This document shows, one piece after another, positions 15,345 through 28,260 of a DNA stretch of 64,000 bases. The stretch's first letter is position 1. Each line of letters starts with the position of its first letter. The notes under the pieces are model-generated. The model had not been told where the DNA came from and did no database searches. It saw only the letters and a program-made list of their open reading frames with translations. The DNA is taken from the NCBI RefSeq assembly GCF_009914755.1, contig NC_060927.1; one strand, 5' to 3'. A program made the position numbers and the translations under genes. The stretch comes from the human T2T-CHM13v2.0 reference genome, Homo sapiens.

Positions 15345-17590
15345 CCTTGGTTTTTAAACTTTGCATTTAAAAAAAAAATTTAAACTTAAAATTCACAAGA
15401 ATACAATTAATTGCCATATACACCTCTCAGCAATTGTTACCTTTTACAATATTACTATATGCTGTGTTCTCTCTTTCTTCCTCCAAAAATAAGGTTATTC
15501 ATTTTCTTACATAACCAAAGTGAAATGATCAAATTCAGAAAATTTAACATTGATAATACTAATTATGAAATTTTTATTTAATTTCACCAACTGTCCTTAA
15601 TAGGATTTCTTTGACCCATTTGTGACCTAATCTAGGATCATGCATGGTATTTCGTTGTCATGGTTCTTTAGGCTTTAATCCGGAATAGCTTCTCACTCTT
15701 TTTTGAAAAATTCCATAGCACAGACATTTGAAGAGTACAGGTCCATCGTTTTGTAAAATGTTCCTCAATTTGACTTTGTCTGATGGTTTCGTCATGATCA
15801 GTGTCAGGCTATGCACTTTTGACAGGAATACTGTAAATGATGTATGTTCTTCTCAGTGTGTCACATCAAGAAGTAAATATTATCAATTTTTCCCATTACT
15901 ACTAATGTTAACTTTGATCTTTCGGTTAGATCCAAGGTAGAGTCTGCCAGATTTCTCAGCTGTAAAGTTACCATTTTGCCTTTGTGATTTATAAGTAATC
16001 TGTGCACAGATATTTGAGACAGTATACATACATTCTTTTTTAATTGAATTCATTAAAATTCACTCACTGGTTTGGGCATCTATTGGTAAGTGTTTTCTGC
16101 AATAATTGTTACTATGATGGCTGCCAAATAGTGATTCACAATTTTACCATTGCTTCTACATTTACTGGTTGTCACTCTACTGTAGGAAATAGGTCCTCCA
16201 CACCTCCATTTACTTTGTTTACTTATTTATGTATTTATTGATCAGCAGTTTCACAGATCATTTTAATTTAAAGATGATCATCCATTATTCTTATTTTGAT
16301 GTTCACATTGTCCTAGCTTAGGCCAGTGGGAGCCCTTTCAGGCTACCTCTTTGCTCTTTCACTACTTGCATTTTAAAAGTTTTATGCATACCTTCCTGCC
16401 AAAGTTGTGACATTTTTAATATGAAGAAGTTTTTAATTTTGAGAAAATCTAATTCATTTTTTTTGTGGTTTTAATTTCTGTGTCCTGAGACACATTTGCC
16501 TACACACAAGTCACAAAGATTTTCTCCTATATTTTTTATCTAAAAGCTTTATAGTTTTGTCTTTATATTTCAGTCTATAATACATCTCAAATTAATTTTT
16601 GTGTTTTGTGTGAAGTAGGGTCTAGGTATATTGCTTTCCCAAAGGACAGCTAGTTTTCCTAACACGATTTGTTAAGATTTTTCATTTTCCTAATGAATTT
16701 TTGACCAAACAAATCAAATGGACATCTAAGTGTGTCTCTAGTTTTTAGCCCTTTATTCTATTACTTTAATCTATTTATTGGTTCTGTGCCAGTAAAATAA
16801 TAATTTGATTACAGCATATTATAGTTAATCTTGAGGTTATGTAGTGTATGTCTCCCAAGTTTGTTCATCTTTCTCAAGTTTGCTTTGGATAGTCTAGGTC
16901 CTTAATATTTCTGTATGAATTTTAAAAGCAGGGTTGTTGGATTTTGATAGAAATTACATGGAACCTATAGATCAATTTGAGGTAAAATTGACATCTTAAC
17001 ATTTAGTCTTCTATCAACATGGCATATTTCTCTATTTCTTCAAGTCTTCTTAATTCCTTTCAGTAGGTAACTAAACTGGACACTATACATCTTTGGTTAA
17101 ACATGTTCCCCTATAGGTGGTATCAAAAATGTCACTTCATATCTTTCACCCTTAGCTGAGCTGCTAGCAGTGTACTCTATACACTCACGGTTCATGGTGT
17201 AGCCTTGAGATATGGGGAGAGTTAATACACCGATTTAGGGGCTCTCCCTTTCCCTCTCCTTTCCAGGACTACCCTTAGTCTTCTGAGACGAAGTGTTTGC
17301 TTCAAGTTCTAACCTCCAGTTCTTGCCAAAAAAGGCTGCAGGTTTTCTGTGGGAGTTTTAATTGGCAGTGTGACACTGACTATGACCTGCCCTCAAACTA
17401 AAAATTATAAACTTCAGAAACTCACTCTGTGCTCTTTCCTTTTTCTGCATGTCAATTCCCCTCTAAAATCTCACTGCTCTTCTTCACTCCCCAGTGTTTT
17501 CACACAGTTGTTTGTATTGTGTCTAGAGTTCATGATTAGCAGGAAGATTTGTCCTGCTGGAGCTCACTTAGCCCTGCTGCTTGAATTTCA
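15345..17590 (-). mobile_element. Antisense old L1M fragments (3'UTR and ORF2 pieces)
   Basis: T-rich + strand with L1 ORF2 antisense motifs (AAGATTTTCTCCTATATTTTT...AGCTTTATAG; CTATAGATCAATTTG...TTGACATCTTAAC). Boundaries approximate. Confidence 0.65.
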
Positions 17591-17876
17591 TTTTTGAATT
17601 ATGACCCTATAAACACACAGGGTGGGGAATGTAAGAGGTTATCTAACCACAAAGGAAAACAGAGTGAGGTGTCCTCAGGCTACTCTTCTACAAAACAAAT
17701 GCCAGAAAGGAAAGGGATTTAACTACTGAATTTTTGGCGAATAATACATAAACCTAAAAATGTACATGCAGTCATGATATCTTCCCTGCATGGTGGTGAG
17801 GTTAAAGGGTTCTTAGAGATACATGGACACTGAAACATAATGATCACTGACACCTTTAGGGAAAAAAAAAAACACT

Positions 17877-18033
17877 AGCATTTTCCTATCAAAGTGTGAG
17901 GCAAGGGCCAGCATCATCAACATCAGTTGGAAGGTTATTAGAGTGCAGAATATTAGCCCCCACTCCAGACCTAGTGAATCAGAATTCCAATTTTAAAAAT
18001 ACTTAATGTGTATTTTAAATTTGAGAAGCACTT
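17877..18033. mobile_element. MER5-type hAT-Charlie MITE
   Basis: TCAAAGTGTG...GCAGAATATTAGCCCCCACTCCAGACCTAGTGAATCAGAATT...TTTGAGAAGCACT. Confidence 0.8.
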
Positions 18034-19470
18034 CTTTAGCCATCTGAGATTCAGCATTCTAGGATTTCTAGGAGGTCAATGCCAAATCACACTTTTAAAA
18101 TATTATCATTTCTTTAACCCAATTTAGAAGTCACAACAACATAATCTAAATGCAAAGAGCATCACGAAGATATTCCTTGATACAAAATAATTATCACAAA
18201 AATAGAAAAAGATGAGACTAGCACTAGGAAAAAGGATGTACAGTCATTGAATGTTTAGTGATGAAGTTTATAATAATGATGTGGTAAAATGTTTACTATG
18301 TCATTCTGAACTGTAATGCAGGAAACAGAAGAGTAGATGCAATAACATCTCAATGCCCGAATAAAAAATAATCATAAAAAATATCAGATGTAAATACTGT
18401 TGACACTGGATAGTGATGTGTTCCCCACTCATTTACATATACTTTCCAAATATGAATGCATTTTGAAATAAGGATAAATACATTTTGAGTAACCAAAGAA
18501 ATGTTATCAATGGAGAATTGCAGAGGGCCATTTTTGTGAATGTGTTTCATCAAGCCATTTACTTCATGCAGATTCTATCACTCTGCCTTAGATGCTACTT
18601 CCTTTCTAGCCCAAAGGCAGAGTACACAAATGGCTCAATGTGACACAAAATAATCAGTGAGAACTAGTGACTGAAACATTCTAGGCTTTTCTCAATTGCT
18701 TTGTGATAAAGAGTAAATTCTGTAACCACTCTGAGTGACATTTCTCATATTTGGGTAAAAATATAAACTTTGATATAAACAACATAGGCATGTTATAAAA
18801 ATTAATGAGCCTAAGATTCATGAAACCCTTAGAGCTTGAAAATGGGGGAAAAACTGTATGAACAAACACAGCAAAACTATGGCAAAAGTCCCAGCATTGT
18901 AGGAATTTTCTGTTTTTAAAATTATTTTCTAAAGTCTCAAAAGCAAGGGTAAATTTGTGCTGTATCACAAGGAGCATCCAATGGAACACTCCTTATCCCT
19001 GGGAGTTTATTATCTAGTAAGTATTATAAGGTTTGTAGTTTATGCCCAATTTTCTAACCCTATTTTCTAAATACACATTGTTGCTAATTTTTGTTGGGCC
19101 CACAAACGCAATCTAAGCCTTCCCTCTAGTCTTCCAGTCCCTTCTTCCTGGGAATCATTGATATCAATTATAGCCTACCCCACTGCCAATTACAATTATT
19201 GCTTGCTGCTGTTTAAGTACAAATGATCTAATTGTCATCAATTTGCAGTTCCAATTACCTGGTCATATCTTGCCTTAAGGTACCTCATCTCACTGGCAAC
19301 TGTGAAGTTGGCAGGGAGGGGAAATTTTACAGGATTTTTCTTAATATAAATACAAAAGGACAATTGACTACTACTTTTCATATCACTATGACACTCTCAG
19401 TTGTTCAAGAGTTCCTTTCAAGTCATTAAATGTTTTCACAACATAACAAAAAACACATATCTTTTTATCC

Positions 19471-19550
19471 TGAGAAGCTTTCTGGCCTGTTTTATGGATA
19501 TTAACTGTCTTGAGAAGCTTTCTGGTCTGTTTTGTGGATATTAACTGTAT
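19471..19550. repeat. 40-bp tandem duplication (2 copies)
   Basis: TGAGAAGCTTTCTGGCCTGTTTTATGGATATTAACTGTCT / TGAGAAGCTTTCTGGTCTGTTTTGTGGATATTAACTGTAT, 3 mismatches. Confidence 0.95.
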
Positions 19551-19555
19551 ATCTG

Positions 19556-19870
19556 TGTATTAGTCTATTCTTGCATTGCTATAAAGAACCACCTGAGACT
19601 GGGTAATTTATAAAGAAGTTTAATTGGCACACAGTTTCACAGGACGTACAGAAAGCATGGCTGGGGAGTCCTCAGGAAACTTACAATCATTGGTGGAAGG
19701 CCAAGGGGAAGCAGGCACATCCTACATGGCTGGAGTAGGAGGGAGGGGATAAAGTGGGAGGTGCTACACACTTTTAAACACCCAGATCTCCTGAGAACTC
19801 ACTCACTAGTATGAGAACAGCAAGGCAGAAATCCTCCCCCATGAGCCAATCACCTCCCACCACGCCTCTT
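19556..19870 (-). mobile_element. MSTA-like (ERVL-MaLR) LTR, truncated
   Basis: TGTATTAGTCTATTCTTGCATTGCTATAAAGAA...CTCAGGAAACTTACAATCA...CCAATCACCTCCCACC. Confidence 0.9.
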
Positions 19871-20119
19871 CTCTCTGAATATTAGTTAACCTCTCTGCAC
19901 CACAGGTTCTTTATCCTTTCTGTTCCTTCCAAATGCCAAATTATTTTATGCCCTAAGGCCTTTCAAGGTGCTGTTCTCCAGATAACTGTTTCTCCGGCAT
20001 TACTGAGATCACAGCTCAAATATCTCCTTCTCAGAGAGACCTCTGCCCAAGAATACCCTCAAATATAGCTTCTCTTCTCACCCCACTCCACCCTCATTAT
20101 GCTATGTTCTATTGCTGAC

Positions 20120-20451
20120 TTCATCAGAGTTCTCCCTAGGAACACAACCAATATAAATAGAAAGAGAGATTGATTATAAGGAGTTGACTCACAATAATCT
20201 ACAGCATGGGCCAGCAGTGTGGACACCCAGGAGAGCCAGTAGTACAGTTGATGTTCAAAAGTAATCTGCTGGAGAATTCTCTCTTGCTCAAGGAGGCTGG
20301 TCTTTGCATTCTATTCAGGCCTCCAACTGATTGCTCAAGGCCCACCCACATTATGGGGGCAACATGTTTTACTTTTAAAAGTTCTTTGATTTAAATTTTA
20401 ATCTCATCCAAAAACACCTTCCAAGCTGACACACAGAAATTAACCATCACA
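20120..20451 (-). mobile_element. MLT2-family (ERVL) LTR remnant within L2 sequence
   Basis: ATTATAAGGAGTTGACTCAC...AGGCCCACCCACATTATGG...GCTGACACACAGAAATTAACCATCACA. Confidence 0.8.
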
Positions 20452-20699
20452 ACCGTCCTCTTTATTTTCTTCAGAGACACCTGAAAATCTCTAATAAGGA
20501 TGAGAAACGCATTGTTATCTCAAAGACTGCTATGAATTTGTTTATTTTCTGCCCTTCCCATTCACTTTTCATATAAGCACCATGAAAGCAGGGACCTTGT
20601 GTGTCGTTTTTACACTGATATCCCTTGCCCATTACATTGAATGTTATTAGGGATATAGTAGACACTGAATAACCTTTCTTTGAGGGGGGGCGCGTGGGG

Positions 20700-20983
20700 A
20701 GGAGGCAAAGTCTTGCTCTGTCACCCAGGCTGGAGTGCAGTGGTACAATCTCAGCTCATTGCAGCCTCCGCCTCATGAGTTCAAGTGATTTTCCTGCCTC
20801 AGCCTCTTGAGTAGCTGGAATTACAGGTGCACACCACCACGACCAGCTAATTTTTTGTATTTTTAGTAGAGACGGGGTTTCACCATGTTGGCCAAGCTGG
20901 TCTCAAACTTCTGACCTCAGGTGATCCACCTGCCTCAGCCTCCCAAAGTGTTGGGATTACATGTGTGAGCCACCGTGCTCACC
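20700..20983 (-). mobile_element. AluS element
   Basis: Antisense Alu body flanked by TGAATAA on both sides. Confidence 0.95.
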
Positions 20984-21163
20984 CTGAATAAACATTTTGA
21001 GTGAAGAAAGATAAAATTGGATGATAATTTTTACCTACTTTATAGTACTGCTGTATTTCATTAGCTTTTTTTTTTTTAATCTATCAGTAAAATACCGGGT
21101 ACACATTTAGTACTTGCAAAAATGTCAGCCTGTGGGCATGCACAGATACACACACCAAACACG

Positions 21164-21612
21164 TGTGAAAGGAAAATATCTTGCCACCAAAATCACTAGG
21201 AAAACTCAAGCCAGCAGGGAACTGCTTAGGGCAAAGCTGCTTCCCATTCTTTTCAAAGTCACTCCTCTGCTCACTGAGATGGAGGCATATCTGACATCCA
21301 ATCTTTTCCAAAGGATTGGAAAGACTAATCAGAAACTCAAAAGAATGTAACCATTTGGGTATCACCTATCTCTGACCTGGAAGCTCCCTCCCCACTTCTG
21401 CTTCAAGTCTTCCTGCCTTCGCTTCAAGTTGTCCCGCCTTTCCAGACCGAACCAGTGTACTTCTTACATGTACTGATTGACGTCTCACGTCTCCCTGAAT
21501 GTATAAACCAAGCTGTGCCCTGACCACCTTGGGCACAGGTCATTAGGACTTCCTGAGGCAAAACAAACTTGCTAAATTAACTAAGACCTGTCTCAAATTT
21601 GGGGGGCTCACA
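21164..21612 (+). mobile_element. MER4A-like (ERV1) solo LTR
   Basis: TGTGAAAGGAAAATATCTTG...GGGAACTGCTTAGGGCAAA...GACCTGTCTCAAATTTGGGGGGCTCACA; flanks CACG/CACT (probable 4-bp TSD). Confidence 0.88.
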
Positions 21613-22386
21613 CACTCAAAGTATTTATACATACACATTTTTTTTTTTCTGATTAGTCGGATACATATATGAGATTCCTGGGTACTGAACAACAGATGAC
21701 AAGCATGTTAATGTGATTTCCCAGGTATACCTATTTTCCTACCAATTCTTAGCTAAACAATCCAGATTCTTAACAATGCTTGCAGGCTTTTAACTCACCA
21801 CAAAGTTAAGATGGAGAAATACACTGGCTTGCTTTTTCTGGTTATATACTGGCACGTCTATTCTAAGAATATGTAAGGGTTTGGTCTGCGCAAAAATTTC
21901 GTGAGCAATATCCCACAAACACAGGCACCCATGGCAAATATGGACAAACAGAATCACGTCAAGTTAAAAAGCTTCTGCATGGGGAAGGAAACAATCAACA
22001 AAGTGAAGACACAACCCACAGGCTAGGAGAAAATATTTGCAAACTATGCATCTGACAAAGGATGAATAACCAGAATATATGAGGTGAAACAATTCTATAG
22101 GAAAAAAATCTAATAATCCAATAAAAAATAGGTGAACAATTTTTATAGACACTTATCAAAGGGTAACGCAAATGGCAAAAAGGCATATGAAAAGGTACTC
22201 AACATCACTGATCATCAGAGAAATTCAAATCAAAACTACAATGAGATATCAAGTCACCCCAGTTAAAATGGCTTTTATCCAAAAGATAGGCAATAAATGC
22301 TGGTGAGAATGTGGAAAAAAGGGAACTCTTACAGACTGTTGTTAGGAATGTAAATTAATACAACTACTATGGAAAACGGTTTGGAG

Positions 22387-22746
22387 TGCCAGAAACAATA
22401 AGTTCCTCTTCAAACTTCCTTGTTCTTTCTGGTTGTGTAAACAACCCTTTGTGTCTAATTGGTAATGGACAGCCTCTCCCTTCCCGCCAAATTGGCCCTA
22501 TTCAATTTCAAACAATAGCCAATCGGGTCAGCTTAGATTGTGCGATCCAACTCTGGCCAATGGGGAAAGGACACAGAAACAGGACCTCCATTAGGGGGAA
22601 AAACCCTTGCCCTACCCTGCTTGGTGTGCTCTTCAATTGCATCAAATGCAGGCAGCACCCTCCTGCAGAAGTAAAGTTGCCTTGCTGAGAAATTTTCAGT
22701 TTAAGTGCTAGTTCTTCTTTGCAGCACCAAGCGCTTGTTGCTAACA
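22387..22746 (+). repeat. 5' LTR of the class I ERV
   Basis: Direct repeat of 26256-26618; contains CCAAT boxes and an AGTAAA poly(A)-like signal; followed by the PBS. Confidence 0.95.
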
Positions 22747-23014
22747 ATTTGGAGGCTTGTCTGGGATCCCATTCTCCTCTGGGGAAGGGTCTTCAATAAT
22801 CTCTCATGACGAGATGCGTCCCGCTGCCATATTGTGGTGGCCTCAGGAGTAAGAGATCGAGACCCACCAAGCATGACAAATAAACTTGGACTCTCAGTAA
22901 CATGGGAAGAAAAGGCCTACAAATAGGTACCATGGTAACCAGGTAACTCTGTGCACAAACCAAGGTAAGAAAAGCCACGGGGTGTGAAGTATTTCTTTGG
23001 TGGTTGGGACATCC

Positions 23015-24278
23015 TCTGAAAGCCAGGGAAATAACCTTGCAGATCAAATAGCTAAGCAAGCTGCCTCTTCCAATTTTCCATCTAACCCCCTGTCTTCCCC
23101 CTCCAGCTGCAATCCCCATCTTTTCCCACGCAGACCAAGAAAAAGCAAAAAAAAAAAAAAAATAGGAGCTGAGGAAAGCCCAGAGGGAAAATGGTTATTA
23201 CCAGATGGAAGGGAAATATTGTCTAAACCCCTCATGAGAAAAATACTGTCACAGCTTCATCAAGGAACCCACTGGGGTCCCCAAGCTATGTGTGACACAG
23301 TCCTTAGGGTTTATGGGTATATGGGGATCTATACCCTCGCTAAGCAAGTTATACATAGTTGCATAGTGTGCAGAAAAACTAATAAGCAAACCTTAAAGAA
23401 GCCACCTTTCGGAGGAAGAAACCCAAGGCTAAGGCCATTCCAAAGCACCCAAGTGGACTACACTGAAATGCCTCCAATAGGTCACCCTCAGATGTTTATT
23501 AGTAATAGTAGACCATCTTACCTACTGGGTAGAAGCCACACCCTTCCCAAGTGCAACAGCAAGTAATGTAGTTAAAGCTCTGTTGGAACATATCATACCC
23601 AGGTTTGGACTAATAGAGAATATTGATTCAGATAATGGGACCCACTTTACCATGCTCATTATTAAAAAGTTAACCCAAGCACTAGAAATAAAGTGGGAAT
23701 ACCATACTCCCTGACATCAACCCTCATCATTGAAGGGTAGAAATAATGAACCAGACTCTAAAAAAACCACCTCACCAGATTAATCTTGGAAACCCGGTTA
23801 CCATGAACAAAATGCCTTCCCATTGCCTTACTAAGAATCTTAACTGCCCCTTGGAAAGACCTTGGCCTGTCTCCTTATGAAATGCTCTATGAGCTGCCTT
23901 AACTAAATTCTGCAACTGACCTTCCTACATTTGAAACAAAGGATCAGTTTGTTAAAAACTATATACTTGGTCTGTCTTCCATCCTTTCCTCCCTCAGGAC
24001 CCAAGGCCTTCTAGCACAAACTCCACCCTTCAAATTCCCAATTCAGCAACACCAATCCAGAGATCACATCCTTATCAGAAGTTGGAGAGAGGGAAAGCTT
24101 GAACCTACCTGTGAAGGACCTTATCTGGTGCTCCTAACAACTGAGACGGCAGTCTGGACTGCTGAGAAGGGGTGGACCCATCATACCTGAGTCGAGAAGG
24201 CATCACCATCTCCAAAGTCATGGACTGTCACCCCCAGACCAACCCTCGCCAGAGTAACATTAAAGAGAAAAGCCTAAT
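23015..24278 (+). pseudogene. pol: ERV pol remnant: RNase H C-terminus and integrase (disrupted)
   Basis: GNNLADQIAKQAA; zinc finger LHQGTHWG...CIVC; QVDYTEMP; downstream IDSDNGTHF and EYHTP motifs; frameshifts and stops. Confidence 0.92.
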
Positions 24279-26222
24279 CTGTCTGTCCCTTTTTCCTCTT
24301 TTCTTTCCTCTAGCTGCCCTACATCTTATTATTAATGTAACTAAGTCAAACTCACCTCAAACCATTACTTTTGATGCTTGTCTTGTTACACCTTGGGGAG
24401 ACTCGCGAAGTCAAAGACAGCTCTCTACTCCAGAAAAGTATCTTTGCCCTTCTTGGAGCTTCTGAGACTGGGCAGATTCTGTTAATGGGACTCCCTTAGA
24501 CTGGGAAGATTCTGGAGAAGATTCTGTTAACTGGGAATCTTGTCCTCCAAGAACAGAGCTTCTCTGCTGTAGCTGATCCAATGTTCTATGGAGTACCAAA
24601 ATTCAAGGTTGGACCTCCCCAACAAGTAGCTGTGTATCCCTAAAACCATACATTCATTTCACTAAAGGAAGCATGCACCACCAACTGCCAACAAAACCAA
24701 TGTAATCCAATACAAATTTCCATTACTATCTCAAGTTCACAAGATTCTTCCCCTTCATTAAGTCGTTTTTATGGTATGGGAGCCGAAGTCACAGGAGCAG
24801 ACCCTACAAGATATTTTGAAATGCATTTCATGGCCTCCTCATTCCCCTCCTCCTTCTCCATCTTCTTCTCCTTCTAAACCTTCTAACCAAACTACTACCC
24901 TTTCCCTACCCAATAGCAACGCCAAAGTGGACATTGTAGAAGTTAAATATTTAAAGCAAACTTTAGCCATTGAAACAGGGTACCAAGATGCAAATGCTTG
25001 GCTGGAATGGATTAAATATTCTGTCTGCACACTGAACAAAATTGATTGTTATGCTTGTGCAATGGGCAGGCCAGAAACCCAAACTCTCCCCTTTCCACTT
25101 GGATGGTCCTCTGACCAACTGGGCATGGACTATATGGTAGCCTTCTTCCAAAACCACAAAGCCTAGGGCAGTAAGGCATATCAAACCCTTTCGTTGCTAT
25201 TCCCAGAAGTTAAAAGCCCTGTTGGTCAGCCCCTGAGGGCCATCTGACCTCCAGCTATCGATGTCAATTTCATCTCGTGTCTCTCAAGACAAGGGGAAAA
25301 CTTGGCATTCCTTGGAAGCCTAACAGAATGCAATGAATCTAAGCCTTTTCAGAAGGTAACCAGTCTACCCTTGTTCATTCCCAAGCAGATGTATGGTGGT
25401 ATTGCGATGGACCACTATTGGGTACTCTACCAAGTAACTGGAGCCCTCTAATCCAACTGGCCATCCCTTTCACTCTGGCATTTCACCAACCAAATAAAAA
25501 AGGATGGTCACAGAAAAAGAAGTGCCCCTCATGGGTCTTTTGACCCTCACGTTTATATAGATGCTACCAGAGTTCCCCAAGGGGTGCCAAATAAATTTAA
25601 AGCCTGAAATTAAATAGCCGCAGGATTTGAATCTCTATTATTCTGGTGGTCAACTATAAACAAAAATGTAGACTTGAAAAATTACATTTACTATAATCAA
25701 CAGCGGTTTGTCAGTTACACAAGAGATGCCATTAAAGGAATAGCTGAACAATTAGGCCCTACCAGCCAAATGGCTTGGGAAAATAGGACAGCCCTTGACA
25801 TGATACTGGCCAAATAAGGTGGAGTTTGTGTCACAATTGGAGTCCAATGTTGTACTTTTATCCCTAGCAACACAGCCCCTGATGGAACAATTACCAAAGC
25901 ATTACAGGATCTTACCACCCTAGCAAATGAATTAGCTGAAAGTTCTGGAATAGATGGCCCCTTTTCAGGTCTCATGGACAGATGGTTTGCAAAGTGGAAA
26001 GGACTCATGACCTCAATATTTACTTCTCTTGCAATTGTTAAAGGTGTACTTATTATTGTAAGCTGCTGTATCATACCTTGTATTCGTGGGTTAGTTCAAA
26101 GGCTTATAGAAACAGCTCTTACCAAAATCTCCCTCAATTCTCCTCCACCCGATTCAGATAAACTCCTACTTCTGGACCACCAAGAAGAACAACAAGGCCA
26201 AATTATCTCAGAAAAATTTTAA
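24220..26222 (+). pseudogene. env: ERV env remnant (gamma-type; multiple stops and frameshifts)
   Basis: Signal-peptide-like LICLSLFPLFFPLA; AIETGYQDANAWLEWIKYS...CYAC; furin site RKR (~25511); ISD-like WENRTALDMILAK*GG; CX6CC-type CVTIGVQCC; TM segment LAIVKGVLIIVSCCIIPC. Confidence 0.93.
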
Positions 26223-26255
26223 GAGGAAGAACTATAAAAACAAGAGTGGGGAAAT

Positions 26256-26618
26256 TGCCAGAAACAATAAGTTCCTCTTCAAATATCCTGGTTCTTTCTG
26301 GTTCTGTAAACCACCCTTCCCACCTAATTGGTAATGCACAGACTCTCCCTTCCCATCTAATTGACCCTATTCGATTTCAAACAATAACCAATCAGTTCAG
26401 TTTAGATTGTGTGGTCCAACTCTGGTCCAATGGGGAAAGGACACAGAAACAGGAGCTGTGTTAGGGATAAAAACCCCTGCCCTACCCTGCTCAGTGTGCT
26501 CTTACGATTGCCATCAGACATAGGCAGCACCCTTCTGCAGAAGTAAAGTTGCCTTGCTGAGAAATTTTCCATTTAAGTGTTGGTTCTTCTTTGCAGCACC
26601 AAGTACCTGTTTCTAACA
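26256..26618 (+). repeat. 3' LTR of the class I ERV
   Basis: Direct repeat of the 5' LTR, about 49 differences in ~360 bp by hand count. Confidence 0.95.
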
Positions 26619-27015
26619 GAAGGTTCCTCAAAAAACTAAAAATAGAGCTACCATATGATCCAGCAATGCCACTGCTGGGCATATACACAAAAGAAAGGAA
26701 GTCAGTATATCAAAGAGGTATCTGCACTCCCATGTTTGTTGCAGCACTGCTCACAATAGCCAAAATTTGGAAACAACCTAAGTGTCCATAACAGAAAAAT
26801 GAATAAAGAGAATGTGGTACATATACACAATGGAGTATTATTCAGCCATTAAAAGAATGAGATCCTGTCATTTACAATAGCATGAAAGGAGCTAGAGGTC
26901 ATCATGTTAAGCGAAATAAACCAGGCATAGAAAGACAAACTCTGCATGCTTTCACTTATTTGTGGAATCTAAAAATCAAAACAATGAAAATCATGGACAT
27001 AAAGAATAGAAGGAT

Positions 27016-27318
<303 letters not shown>

Positions 27319-27924
27319 AGAACAGAAGGATGGTTTTCAGAGGCTGGGAAGAATAGTGGGAATGGGGGTAATGTAGGGGTAAAGTGGGGATAGCTAATGA
27401 ATTAGAATATATAATTATAAGAACTACTACTTGATAGCACAACAGAATGACTATAGTCAATAATAATTGTACATTTTTAAATAACTAGAAGTATAATTAG
27501 ATTGTTTGTAAAACCAAGGATAAATGCTTGAGGGGACAGACACCCCATTCACCACGATATGCATATTTCACATTGCATGCCTGTATCAAAATATCTTATG
27601 TACCCCATTAAAAATATACACTTATGTACCCATAAGCATTGAAATTTTAAAACAAAAAATTTTAAAAAAGAACATGTAAGGGAACTTAGAAGTATTTTCC
27701 CCAAGTGTATGTGTGTATGTATGGGTTGGTGGGGGGGTGGCAGTGGGTGGGCAGAGTTTGGAGAGTGTATAAGCCAAAGACACATGCTTTAAATGCTAAG
27801 CCTAATATTTAAAACAAATTAATTTTGTTCTCTTTGAAGTAAAGGCAAGTAGTACTGAGCAGGCCAACTACACAAATCCTATTCCATTCTCAGACGTATT
27901 CCCAGAGTAAACACAGTTCATAAA

Positions 27925-28260
27925 CCACTGCTCAACTCTAACCTTCCCATTTTTCCCATGAAGAAACTGAGGCTCCGGAAAGGTTATGACTTGCCAACAT
28001 GACCCATGATTAGTGAATGGGTCGGGATCAATCCAAATCATCTAAACCCCATACTAGAGTTTTTCCCACGATAACCACATATAAGCTGTATATTTGTGTG
28101 TATATATGATTTGTTCATTCATTCAACAAGTATTTGGTAAACATTCTTTATGCACCAGGCACAATACTTAGGGACAGAGCAGTGAACCGGTACTCATATC
28201 CCTTCCTTTCAAGGTGTTTTCGATCTTTTGGGGAATTAGTTATTTTTTAAAAATCACACA
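27925..28260. mobile_element. MIR followed by an L2 3' fragment
   Basis: CCCATTTT...ATGAAGAAACTGAGGCTC (MIR core); TTCATTCATTCAACAAGTATTT...TATGCACCAGGCAC (L2 tail). Confidence 0.75.

Larger units (their letters stand above)
22387..26618 (+). mobile_element. Internally deleted class I ERV provirus (HERV-IP/HERV-P-like)
   Basis: Paired LTRs 22387-22746 and 26256-26618 (TG...CA); PBS TGGAGGCTTGTCTGGGAT resembling tRNA-Pro (TGGGGGCTCGTCCGGGAT); polypurine tract AAGAGTGGGGAAAT before the 3' LTR; TSD GGAG/GAAG. Confidence 0.95.

Noticed and set aside
19471-19550. CRISPR-like direct repeats
   Set aside because: Only two adjacent copies with no spacer and no cas genes, in primate DNA.
22997-23566. 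189-aa ORF as a novel or domesticated gene
   Set aside because: Chimeric frame spanning the proviral deletion junction and a poly-A slip, with a non-ATG start and a frameshift before the integrase core is complete.
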